Source: an uncultured Bacillota bacterium (GTDB taxonomy: Bacteria > Bacillota_I > Bacilli_A > RF39 > UBA660). From it: DNA of 58,997 nt. The notes under the pieces were generated by a model. It was not told the DNA's origin. It worked only from the letters and a program-made list of their open reading frames with translations, and did no database searches. This document shows, one piece after another, positions 28,905 to 38,251 of the stretch. Each line of letters begins with the position of its first letter. Position 1 is the stretch's first letter. The stretch is taken from NCBI GenBank assembly GCA_947650795.1, contig CANSWR010000003.1, positions 1-58,997 of the forward strand, written 5' to 3'. Both the position numbers and the translations under genes were made by a program.

Positions 28905-29247
28905 TATCTTCCTCATTATTTATTTGTTCGATTATGTTTTCTATTTTTTGGCCATATTCTATTGAGTTATCATAAACGAATTTTAATTCTGGTATATGTC
29001 TTATGTTTAATCTACCTGCTAGTTCACTTCTGAAGAAAGATGCAGCTCCATTCATGTCATGTACTACCTTTTCTCTTTTATAATCATCTAAAGTTGTAAA
29101 GTAAACTTTTGCAAAGCTTAGGTCGTTTGTCACTGTAGCATATGTAATTGTCACATTTTTTAAGTCCTCATCTTTTATTTCTGTAAGTAGTATTTTGCTT
29201 ATTTCTCTCATTAAATCTGAAGCGACTCTCTCACCTTTTAACTTCAT
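28897..29247 (-). CDS. rbfA: Ribosome-binding factor A
   Basis: [24 protein letters not shown]. Confidence 0.96.
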   Translation of the reverse strand: MKLKGERVASDLMREISKILLTEIKDEDLKNVTITYATVTNDLSFAKVYFTTLDDYKREKVVHDMNGAASFFRSELAGRLNIRHIPELKFVYDNSIEYGQKIENIIEQINNEEDND

Positions 29248-31400
29248 ATTCTTTTCACTTCTTTCATTTCGTATGTTTCTATAACGTCTCCAACTTTGAT
29301 ATCAATATAGTTTTCTATAGTAATTCCACAGTCAAAACCTTGTTTAACTTCTTTTACTTGATCTTTTTCTCTTTGTAAACTGCCTATTTTCCCTTCAAAT
29401 ATTACTATTCCATCACGTATTAATCTCATTTGAGATGAATTTTTGATTATGCCTGTTGTTACATGTGATCCTGCGATTATTCCAACTTTTGAAAATTTGA
29501 ATAATTGTCTTACTTCAGCCTCTCCTGTTATTACTTCTTCAAATTCTGGGTCCAACATACCTTTCATAGCAGCTTCTATTTCTTCTACCGCTTTATATAT
29601 AATGTTATATGTTCTTATTTCTACACTATGAGATTTAGCATTTTCTCTGATTTTACTGTCTGGTACGACATTAAATCCTATTATTATTGCATTTGAAGCA
29701 CTAGCAAGGACTATGTCGCTTTCTGTAATTGCACCTACTCCACTTCTTATAACTGATGTTTTTACACCTTCTACATCTATTTTTTCTAGGGCATTTTTTA
29801 CTGCTTCTTCGCTACCTTTAACATCGGTTTTTAATACAATATTAATTTCTTTTCTACCACTTTGAATAGATGCAAATAAATCGTCTAAACTAACTGTTTT
29901 TTTAGTGAATTTCTTTTCTTTTTCTAGTACTGAACGTTTTTCTGCTACACTTCTAGCTTCTTTTTCGTTTTCGAAAGCCATGAATTTGTCTCCTGCGACT
30001 GGCACTTCGTTAAGTCCTGTGATTTCAACTGGTGTGCTAGGCAATGCTTCTAATAAATCGATTCCGTTGCTGCTTTTTAATGTTCTTACTTTTCCGTGAG
30101 AAGTACCAACTACGATTGGATCTCCTATCCTAAGAGTACCGTTGTTTATTAATAACGTTGCGACTGGGCCTTTATTTTTGTCTAATTTAGCCTCGATTAC
30201 AGTTCCTACAGCGTATCTGTTTGGATTAGCTTTAAGTTCTTGCATTTCTGCCAAAGCTATTATGTTTTCTAAAAGTAAAGGTACGTTTTCGCCTGTGTGT
30301 GCACTTAGTTTTACAAATATTGTGTCTCCTCCCCATTCTTCTGGAGTTAGACCATGTTCACTCATTTCGCTCATAATTTTTTCTATGTTTCCTACACCTT
30401 TATCAATTTTGTTTATAGCTACTATGATAGGAACGTTAGCGCTTTTAGCGTGGTCAATTGCTTCTTTAGTTTGAGGCATTACACCGTCGTCTGCTGCGAC
30501 TATTATTATTACAATATCTGTAATACTTGCTCCTCTTGCTCTCATTTCTGTGAACGCAGCGTGTCCTGGAGTATCTATGAATGTTATAAGTGAGCCACTG
30601 ATTTCAACTTGATAAGCTCCTATATGTTGAGTTATACCACCTGCTTCTCCACTTACAACATGTGATTCTCTTATATAATCTAGTAAACTAGTTTTTCCAT
30701 GGTCTACATGCCCCATTATAGTTACAACTGGTGGACGAGACATTAAGTCTTTTTCATCGTCTATGATTTCAAAGTTTTCGAAGTTACTTATATCTTTTGT
30801 TTCTTCTTTTTTTAATTCTTTCCCAAATTCTAAAACAACAACTTCAGCATCTTCATATGTTATAGAAGCATTTATATTTAGCATTAGACCTAGTTTGAAT
30901 AATCTTCCAACTAATTCATCATCTGATACATTTAGTGATGAAGCTAAATCTTTTACTGTCATACCTTCTTTATATAATACTACTTTTTCTTCATGTTCAG
31001 ATTTGTTACTTTGTAGTTTTGTTTTATTTTTATATAAATTCTTCTTTTCTTTTTTGTATTCTTCTAAGTTAGATTTATTATCTTTCTTTTTTAATTTTAT
31101 TTTTTGTGCACGTTCATGAGAAAGGTTGCTTCCTCCTAGTAATTCTTCTGCACGATCTTCAAAGGAAAATTTACTTTCTAATTCTTCACTTAAGAGATTT
31201 TCATCTTCTATAATTCCATTGTTTTCATCAGTCATACTTTCGTTATTATTTAGTGTCAAATCTAATGTTACAATATCATCGTCATCTAATATATCATTTT
31301 TATCTGTAACTTGTAATCCTAATTCTTCACATTTTTTTAGTAGTGCTTCTACTTTCATATTTATATCTTTAGCGTATTCTTCAACTGTCATATATTGCAC
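29244..31400 (-). CDS. infB: Translation initiation factor IF-2
   Basis: [28 protein letters not shown]. Confidence 0.98.
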   Translation of the reverse strand: MQYMTVEEYAKDINMKVEALLKKCEELGLQVTDKNDILDDDDIVTLDLTLNNNESMTDENNGIIEDENLLSEELESKFSFEDRAEELLGGSNLSHERAQKIKLKKKDNKSNLEEYKKEKKNLYKNKTKLQSNKSEHEEKVVLYKEGMTVKDLASSLNVSDDELVGRLFKLGLMLNINASITYEDAEVVVLEFGKELKKEETKDISNFENFEIIDDEKDLMSRPPVVTIMGHVDHGKTSLLDYIRESHVVSGEAGGITQHIGAYQVEISGSLITFIDTPGHAAFTEMRARGASITDIVIIIVAADDGVMPQTKEAIDHAKSANVPIIVAINKIDKGVGNIEKIMSEMSEHGLTPEEWGGDTIFVKLSAHTGENVPLLLENIIALAEMQELKANPNRYAVGTVIEAKLDKNKGPVATLLINNGTLRIGDPIVVGTSHGKVRTLKSSNGIDLLEALPSTPVEITGLNEVPVAGDKFMAFENEKEARSVAEKRSVLEKEKKFTKKTVSLDDLFASIQSGRKEINIVLKTDVKGSEEAVKNALEKIDVEGVKTSVIRSGVGAITESDIVLASASNAIIIGFNVVPDSKIRENAKSHSVEIRTYNIIYKAVEEIEAAMKGMLDPEFEEVITGEAEVRQLFKFSKVGIIAGSHVTTGIIKNSSQMRLIRDGIVIFEGKIGSLQREKDQVKEVKQGFDCGITIENYIDIKVGDVIETYEMKEVKRI

Positions 31401-31466
31401 CCTCTTTCTTATATTTGTTTTGGTTATTTCCTTGTTAGTTTTTAGAGCATCAAGGCGTGCTCTTTT

Positions 31467-31730
31467 TTATTTGTTCAATTTTGATAAAAGTTCATCATAT
31501 ATTTCTTCAGGTATTTTTACTTCTAGGTGTCTTTCTAGTATTTTATTTAGTTTAGCTTTGTTTATTACATCAACATCTTTTTTTAGATATGCTCCCCTTC
31601 CATTCGCTTTTAGAGTTTCATCTACTATTACTTTTCCTTCAGGGGTTCTAACTATTCTAAATAAATCTTTTTTTTCAAGTTTTTCTTTAGTTATAACACA
31701 TGAACGCATAGGGATTTTTCTTGTTTTCAA
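31467..31730 (-). CDS. ylxR: YlxR/RnpM family protein
   Basis: IPMRSC, GRGAY; nusA operon position. Confidence 0.92.
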   Translation of the reverse strand: MKTRKIPMRSCVITKEKLEKKDLFRIVRTPEGKVIVDETLKANGRGAYLKKDVDVINKAKLNKILERHLEVKIPEEIYDELLSKLNK

Positions 31731-31739
31731 TTATATCAC

Positions 31740-32795
31740 CTACTTATTTATTTCTTCGTTTATTTCATTTAATGTTTTTATGTTTAATTTGTATCTAGTA
31801 AGTTTACTTGCAAGTTTAATGTTTATACCTTTTTTACCTATTGCAAGACTTAGATTTTCATCATCTGTTATTACTAATGCTTCTTTTGACTTTTCGTCTT
31901 GTATACTTACATTAAGATTTTTTGCAGGACTTAGCGCATTTGCTATAAATATTTCTGGATTATCATTGTATAAAATCAAGTCCACTTTTTCTCCATTTAA
32001 TGCACTTATGATGTTAGCAATTCTTCTACCTTTTTCTCCTATGCAGCTTCCTACAGCATCCACATTAGAGTTTGTGCTAGATATAGCAACTTTGCTTCTT
32101 ACTCCAGGTTCACGTGCTACTCCATGCATTAGTAATAGACCATCTTGAAATTCTGGTATTTCTAATTCAAATAGTCTTTTTACAAATCCATAATGTTTTC
32201 TTGATAATTTAATAGATGGGCCTTTGGTAGTTTCTTCAACTTTTACAATATATACTTTTACACTTTCTCCCATTTTAAGAGTTTCTCCAGGAATAAGTTC
32301 ATTTTTAGGTAATATTCCACGTGCTTTTCCTAAGTCAACATAGTAATTTCTATTATCTTCCATAGCTAGAAATCCTATCATCATTTCGTCTTCTTTGTCT
32401 CTCATTTCCTCCATGATTTTATTTCTTTCTGCTTCTCTTATTTTTTGAAGTACTACTTGTTTCGCTACTGAAATAGCAACACGTCCAAAGTCATCAGGAG
32501 TTACTTCTGTTTCAATGATATCTCCAATCTGAGCATCAGGTTTTATTTCAATTGCTTCTTCTAGGCATAGTTCTTGATCTTCATTTTCTAATTCTTCAAC
32601 TACAGTCATTCTTTTAAATAATTTAATCATTCCATTTTCTGTATTTATTTCAGGTCTTATGTCTGCGTCTTCTCCTGTTTCTTTTTTGTAAGCTGCTGCT
32701 AGGCCGTTGCCCATAGCTTCTATTATTTTGTCAGCTTCTACTCCTTTTTCTGATACTATGTAATCAAATGCACGTTTAAATTCTTGATTATTCAT
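31740..32795 (-). CDS. nusA: Transcription factor NusA
   Basis: FGRVA...AKQ, S1, AREPGVRSK, LAIGKKG.N. Confidence 0.96.
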   Translation of the reverse strand: MNNQEFKRAFDYIVSEKGVEADKIIEAMGNGLAAAYKKETGEDADIRPEINTENGMIKLFKRMTVVEELENEDQELCLEEAIEIKPDAQIGDIIETEVTPDDFGRVAISVAKQVVLQKIREAERNKIMEEMRDKEDEMMIGFLAMEDNRNYYVDLGKARGILPKNELIPGETLKMGESVKVYIVKVEETTKGPSIKLSRKHYGFVKRLFELEIPEFQDGLLLMHGVAREPGVRSKVAISSTNSNVDAVGSCIGEKGRRIANIISALNGEKVDLILYNDNPEIFIANALSPAKNLNVSIQDEKSKEALVITDDENLSLAIGKKGINIKLASKLTRYKLNIKTLNEINEEINK

Positions 32796-33045
32796 TTTCA
32801 CTAACTCCTTTACTGCAAATATCAAGTATAAATTCGCCAGGTATTTCAGGTAATTCTAATTCGTCTATAATTGGGTTAACTATTTGTGAGACTTTAACAC
32901 ATAAATCAGTGTCCACTACATTTTCGCTTTCTATATGTAAGAATAGTGTGTCTTCGCCATCTTCTTTAGCAAGCTCAATATTAGAAACAGTAACTCCAAT
33001 TTCTTTTAATGGGTCTTTTACTGCGTTTATTATTCTTTCGTTCAT
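32788..33045 (-). CDS. rimP: RimP N-terminal-domain-only protein (85 aa)
   Basis: First gene of the nusA operon; DLCVKVS..V...ID...ILDICSKG; AGGAGG RBS. Confidence 0.78.
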   Translation of the reverse strand: MNERIINAVKDPLKEIGVTVSNIELAKEDGEDTLFLHIESENVVDTDLCVKVSQIVNPIIDELELPEIPGEFILDICSKGVSENE

Positions 33046-33072
33046 ATTATTCCTCCTTTTTAAAAATAAACA

Positions 33073-33092
33073 AGTGGGATTTAACACCCACT
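33073..33092 (-). promoter_or_regulatory. rimP leader hairpin/attenuator
   Basis: AGTGGG...CCCACT stem followed by T-rich sequence, typical of Bacillota rimP leaders. Confidence 0.6.
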
Positions 33093-33408
33093 CATCAAGT
33101 AATTTAATTTTATCATAGTATTTTGCATACTTCAATAGAATACTGAAAATTTCTGAATTTATTATAATTTATTTTTATAAATTTTGAGGTAGTGTATAAA
33201 AGATATTTTTGTATTTTTAAGCTACATATTTTGTTTATTTTCTTTTTTAAATAATTAAGTGTGATATGATTTTATTTAAAAATTATTAGGACTTTAACTT
33301 TTTTAATTTTTTGTTTAATCTATTTAGTAATTAAATAGAAATTCTAAAATGAAAAAGCGTTTCTTAATATTAGTGTCGTATATAGTTAGTAGAGGGAGGT
33401 GAAGCTTT

Positions 33409-33690
33409 GTGCAAAAAGTTAATGATGTTAATAAACCTTTTTTTGAAGTTTTAGGGGAAGTTATTAAAAATATTAGAGTTAAGAAGGAATTTAGTATGTC
33501 TGATGTTGTAGATAGAATGGAAGTTTCTTGTACAACTGAAAATTTAAAAAATTATGAAAATGCTCGAATGCAGATAACTATACAAACTTTTAATTCTTTG
33601 TGTTTTGCTTTAAATATGAAGCCTATAGTTGTATGGAGTCAGATAATTGATTTATATGAAACTAAAGTAAAAAAAGAAACTAGTTATTAG
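33409..33690 (+). CDS. XRE-family HTH protein
   Basis: LGEVIKNIR...LKNYENAR...LCFAL; GGGAGGT RBS. Confidence 0.8.
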   Translation: MQKVNDVNKPFFEVLGEVIKNIRVKKEFSMSDVVDRMEVSCTTENLKNYENARMQITIQTFNSLCFALNMKPIVVWSQIIDLYETKVKKETSY

Positions 33691-34879
33691 CTTCTTCAAT
33701 TGTTTTCATATAATAATCGTATATTTCTTTTATTTCAGTGTCTTTAATTTCCATACCAGCTTCTTTTCTCATTTCAATTAGAGCTTTTGCATATAGGTTA
33801 TTATCAGCTTCTTGTTTTTGTGATGATATTACATCTTTTATTCTTGTAGTTAAACTTTCTACTTTGCTCTTTTCTTCTGAACTTTTTCTATACACTATAT
33901 GATAACCGTAAGTTGTTTTAACTAAAGAAGTGCTATATGCGCCATCTGTTAATCTTTCTGCTTCTGATTTATAGTTTGATTCTAAAGGAGAGTCAAAATC
34001 TACTGGAACACTTTCTGTAGTTATAACGCTTCTGTATTCGTTTTTTAAATCTTCCCATGAAGCTCCATTTTTAAGTTTCTCTAAAATCTCTGTTGCTTTA
34101 CTTTTTGCTGCTTCATCTTCTAAGTTATCATTTTTAACTAAAATATGTTCTGTATTAATAGTTCCATATACATTATTATCATAATAGCTTTGTACTTCTG
34201 TATCTGTTATTATTTTATACATATAGTCTTTAAAATATTTGCTTCTTAAATAGTCTAATTCTATTACATTTTTTATATAATCCTCTTTAGTATCAAATCC
34301 ATATGATTTAAGAAATTCTTCTTCTGATACTTGATAATATTGTTTTGCTTGTTCTATATAAGTTTCGGCATTTTCATTTATTGTTTTTTTGTCTTCTTCT
34401 GTTAATTCATATTTTTCATAAAGAATTATTTGGTCTACTTTTTCTGCTAAAACATTTAATGATGATGCTTTTTTTATTCTATTGTATATTTCATTTGCTG
34501 TTATATTATTTTTCCCTACTTCAATTGCTACTTGTTCTCCATTTTTTAATTCTGCAATTCTGTCTGGGAAAAAGAACATCATTATGAATAATCCTAAAAA
34601 TAATCCTACACAAAAAGTTATAATTTGTTCTTTAGAAATTTTATTTAAAATATTTTCTTCGTTTGTGACTTCTGGTTCTTGTATTTCTTCTGTTTTTGTT
34701 TCTTTTTCTTCTAGTTTTTCTACTAAATTATTATATGCTTTTTTGATTTCATTTAATTTGTTTTTTGCAGTTTTACTATTATTTCCTTTATATTTTCTTT
34801 CTAATTTTTTATATGCTTCTTTTATTTCTTCTAATGTTGCATTTTCTTCAATACCTAATATTTTATAGTATTCTTTCAT
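33680..34879 (-). CDS. prsA: PrsA-like parvulin foldase fused to an N-terminal J-like domain
   Basis: YYKILGI..AT.EEIK.AY.KL J-fold, TM, HILV and VKTTYGYHIV parvulin motifs. Confidence 0.82.
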   Translation of the reverse strand: MKEYYKILGIEENATLEEIKEAYKKLERKYKGNNSKTAKNKLNEIKKAYNNLVEKLEEKETKTEEIQEPEVTNEENILNKISKEQIITFCVGLFLGLFIMMFFFPDRIAELKNGEQVAIEVGKNNITANEIYNRIKKASSLNVLAEKVDQIILYEKYELTEEDKKTINENAETYIEQAKQYYQVSEEEFLKSYGFDTKEDYIKNVIELDYLRSKYFKDYMYKIITDTEVQSYYDNNVYGTINTEHILVKNDNLEDEAAKSKATEILEKLKNGASWEDLKNEYRSVITTESVPVDFDSPLESNYKSEAERLTDGAYSTSLVKTTYGYHIVYRKSSEEKSKVESLTTRIKDVISSQKQEADNNLYAKALIEMRKEAGMEIKDTEIKEIYDYYMKTIEEANN

Positions 34880-35003
34880 TTTTCCACCGTCCTAAATTCA
34901 TTTTACTATTATTTTTATATAAACACAATGTTTTATGTTTTCTTTCACATATTTTTCATTTTATATGTAAAGAAAAAACTAACCTAGTCGATTAGTATAT
35001 TAT

Positions 35004-35603
35004 TTAATTATTAACCACTTCTTTTACTGGTGCGTATGTTGTTCTGTGGTATTTACATGGTCCATATTTTTTTAATGCTTCAATATGATTTTTTGTTCCA
35101 TAACCTTTGTTGTTTTTTAAATCATACATTGGAAATTCATTACTTATTTCATCTATCATTCTATCTCTTGTAACTTTAGCAATTATTGAAGCAGCTGCTA
35201 TGGATTCACTTTTTGCGTCTCCTTTTATAATAGGCGTATTTGGAATATCTATATCTAATTTCATCGCATCAATTAAGACATGCTCTGGTTTGATACTTAA
35301 ATTTTTTATTGCTTCTTTCATTGCTACTTTTGTAGCTTCATAAATATTGATTTTATCTATTACATCCTCATAAACTATACCTACACCTATACTTATTGCG
35401 TTTTCTACTATTATGTCATAAAGTTCTTCTCTTTTTTTCTCAGTAAGTTTCTTTGAATCTTTTATGTCTTTATTAAAATAACCAACTGGCAAAACTACAG
35501 CAGCCGCTACGACGGGACCTAACAAAGGGCCTCTTCCAACTTCGTCCACTCCGCATATAACTTTAATGTTTTTGCTATATAATTCGTTTTCATATTCTAG
35601 CAT
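35004..35603 (-). CDS. rnhB: Ribonuclease HII
   Basis: GVDEVGRGP, DSKKL, IAAASIIAKV. Confidence 0.97.
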   Translation of the reverse strand: MLEYENELYSKNIKVICGVDEVGRGPLLGPVVAAAVVLPVGYFNKDIKDSKKLTEKKREELYDIIVENAISIGVGIVYEDVIDKINIYEATKVAMKEAIKNLSIKPEHVLIDAMKLDIDIPNTPIIKGDAKSESIAAASIIAKVTRDRMIDEISNEFPMYDLKNNKGYGTKNHIEALKKYGPCKYHRTTYAPVKEVVNN

Positions 35604-37450
35604 TATTTACTTCTCCCAATTTCTTTTTTTATTTTTTTGTATATAGTGTTTTTGTCTAATTCTAATCCAACTAATAATTCTTTTCTATTTCCTTGGTGAA
35701 CAAATAAGTCATCTATACCGTATGTTATTATGTTTTTATCTGTAAGTGTACCTAAATAACTACCAAAAGATCCGGTTTTCATGCTTTCTTCATATACGAA
35801 TATTGGTTTATCTTTCTTTATAATATTTTTAAAATATTTTTCATCTATAGGTTTTAAAAATCTAGCATTTACTAATTCTATTTTTATTCCATCTTTTGAA
35901 AGCTTTTCTATTATTTCTAAACTTTCATTTACGAAATCTCCGTAAGTTATTAGTGTACCATCATTTCCTTCAGTTATTTGTTCCCAAGATCCTACTGGTA
36001 TTTCTTGAATTTCTTCTTTTTTGTATTCTAATTTAGCTCTAGAGTAGCGGATACAAAATGGGGATTTTGTTTCTATTGCTGTTTTTATCATGTTACTACA
36101 TTCAACACTGTCTTTTGGTGAAGCGATTATTATATTAGGTATTGGAAGTAGAAATGTAACATCAAACACACCTTGATGAGTTTCTCCATCTGCACCTACT
36201 ATTCCGCACCTGTCTATACCGATTATTACATGAGTATTCATCCTTGCTATATCATGGAGAACTTCGTCATATCCTCTTTGTAGGAATGAAGAGTATATTG
36301 ATACAAAGGGTATTTTGTTTTCTAGTGCTAAACCATTTGCTAATACTAAAGCATGTTCTTCTGCTATGCCAACGTCTATGAAGTTGTTTGGAAACATTGC
36401 TTTTAATTTTGTAAGTTTAGATCCTGTTTCCATCGCTGGTGTTATGACTACTATGTCTTTATTCATAAGTCTAATTAATGAGTCACTTACTATTTCACTC
36501 CATGATGTTAATTCACTTGTTTCAAGTGGCAATCCTGTTATTTTGTCAAAAGGGCCTACTCCATGCCATGAACCAGTTGTATCATTTTCCGCAAAGGCAT
36601 ATCCTTTTCCTTTTTCTGTTATTACATGTATTAATACTGGGCCAGATGAGTTTTTTGCTATGTTTAAATATTCTGTTAATTCTTTAAAATCATGACCATG
36701 AATTGGACCATAATAGTCAATACCTAATTCTTCAAATATAAAACCACTTTTATTGTATATTTTTTTAAAGCTGTCTTTTAATGTACTAAGTGTATTGTTT
36801 AAAGTAGGTCCTATTCCTGGTACTTTAGATAGTACAGTTTTGGTTTTTGTTTTTAATTTTTTGTAGCTACCATTTCTAATTTTGTCTAAGTGATTATGTA
36901 ATGCACCTACATTTTTAGATATACTCATGTTATTATCATTTAAAATTATTATAAGTTTTGTTTGTGTGCTACCTATTTGATTTAAAGCTTCATAGCAAAG
37001 GCCATTACTAATTGAACCATCTCCGATTACTGCAATTACATGGTTGTCTAAGTTATTCATATCTCTTCCTAAAGCAAGTCCTAAAGCTGCTGATAGCGAA
37101 GTTGATGAGTGTCCAGCTTCGTATGGGTCATGTATAGATTCACTCATTTTTTGAAATCCTGATAATCCATTTCTTTGCCTTAATGTGTTAAATTTGGAAG
37201 CGCGACCAGTTAATATTTTATGTACATAACTTTGATGAGATACATCAAATACTATTTTGTCTTTAGGAGAGTCAAATATTTTGTGTAGTGCAATTGTTAA
37301 CTCAACTATTCCTAAGTTACTTGATAAATGTCCTCCAGTATGTGAAACACTTTCTATTAAAAATTCTCTTATATCTTTACTAAGAGTTTCTAATTCTTCA
37401 TTGTTTAAGTCTTTTAAAAATTTAGGGTCTTTTATTTCTTTTATATTCAT
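35603..37450 (-). CDS. dxs: 1-deoxy-D-xylulose-5-phosphate synthase
   Basis: GGHLSSNLG, GHSSTS, IGDGS, DVGIAEEH, DGETHQG. Confidence 0.97.
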   Translation of the reverse strand: MNIKEIKDPKFLKDLNNEELETLSKDIREFLIESVSHTGGHLSSNLGIVELTIALHKIFDSPKDKIVFDVSHQSYVHKILTGRASKFNTLRQRNGLSGFQKMSESIHDPYEAGHSSTSLSAALGLALGRDMNNLDNHVIAVIGDGSISNGLCYEALNQIGSTQTKLIIILNDNNMSISKNVGALHNHLDKIRNGSYKKLKTKTKTVLSKVPGIGPTLNNTLSTLKDSFKKIYNKSGFIFEELGIDYYGPIHGHDFKELTEYLNIAKNSSGPVLIHVITEKGKGYAFAENDTTGSWHGVGPFDKITGLPLETSELTSWSEIVSDSLIRLMNKDIVVITPAMETGSKLTKLKAMFPNNFIDVGIAEEHALVLANGLALENKIPFVSIYSSFLQRGYDEVLHDIARMNTHVIIGIDRCGIVGADGETHQGVFDVTFLLPIPNIIIASPKDSVECSNMIKTAIETKSPFCIRYSRAKLEYKKEEIQEIPVGSWEQITEGNDGTLITYGDFVNESLEIIEKLSKDGIKIELVNARFLKPIDEKYFKNIIKKDKPIFVYEESMKTGSFGSYLGTLTDKNIITYGIDDLFVHQGNRKELLVGLELDKNTIYKKIKKEIGRSK

Positions 37451-37559
37451 AATTTCACCTGTATGTTTGATTATAAATTATTTTTTTAATATAGTCAATT
37501 TTATTTGATTAAATGTGTAGTGTTTGATATAATATCTTGGCGCGAAAGGAGCTAAATTA

Positions 37560-37988
37560 ATGATAAATGATATAAGTGGTAAGATTGTTATACAATTTAG
37601 AGATGTTAATAATAATGTTATTAATGGAGACTTTGATGATATTCCTAAAAATGCTATTATAGCTAATGTTTTTTATGAATATTATTCTATAAGTAGGTTT
37701 AGTAATAAAAGTTATCTTCAAGGATCTTATAAAGTGATAATCGGCCACCCTATATATGAGACAGACACATGTGTGACTAGTGATGATTTTTGTGAAGAGA
37801 TTAAAAATGAACAACCTATGTTAGTTGTAGGAACAGTTATGGATACAGATTATTACATAGTTCCAAGGAGTCAAGATATAGTTGTTTCTAATATGAATGA
37901 TTTTATTAATGTTATTCAAGAAATAGGTGTCAATTTTTTAGAAAATCTTGATAAGATTGATTCTAATCTAAGAAAGTTAAAGAAATAA
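37560..37988 (+). CDS. Hypothetical protein
   Basis: AAAGGAG RBS, TGATATAAT promoter, terminator at ~37987-38025. Confidence 0.75.
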   Translation: MINDISGKIVIQFRDVNNNVINGDFDDIPKNAIIANVFYEYYSISRFSNKSYLQGSYKVIIGHPIYETDTCVTSDDFCEEIKNEQPMLVVGTVMDTDYYIVPRSQDIVVSNMNDFINVIQEIGVNFLENLDKIDSNLRKLKK

Positions 37989-38084
37989 TCAGAAATATAT
38001 TTGAGTGCTTCTGATTGTTTTTTTATTATGTACTGAAAATAAACTTTCATTTTATATTATTTGATTATACTACTTAATTTACAA

Positions 38085-38110
38085 AACAAAAGTAAATTGA
38101 AGCTACATAA
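38085..38110 (-). repeat. Second copy of the sequence at the tnpB relic 3' end
   Basis: 22/26 identity to 16701-16726 (inverted; transitions only). Confidence 0.4.
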
Positions 38111-38251
38111 TAATTAACTAATCAGTAAAACCCACAGTTTACCATTTTAATGAGGACTTTCCTATTACATAAAAAATGAATTAACTGTTCTTAGAACATA
38201 ATTAATTCATCTATATGAATATACTAAATTATAGTATATAATTAACTTACT

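Noticed and set aside
31126-32148. 340-aa plus-strand ORF
   Set aside because: Antisense shadow of nusA-ylxR-infB; S/F/L-rich with no motifs.
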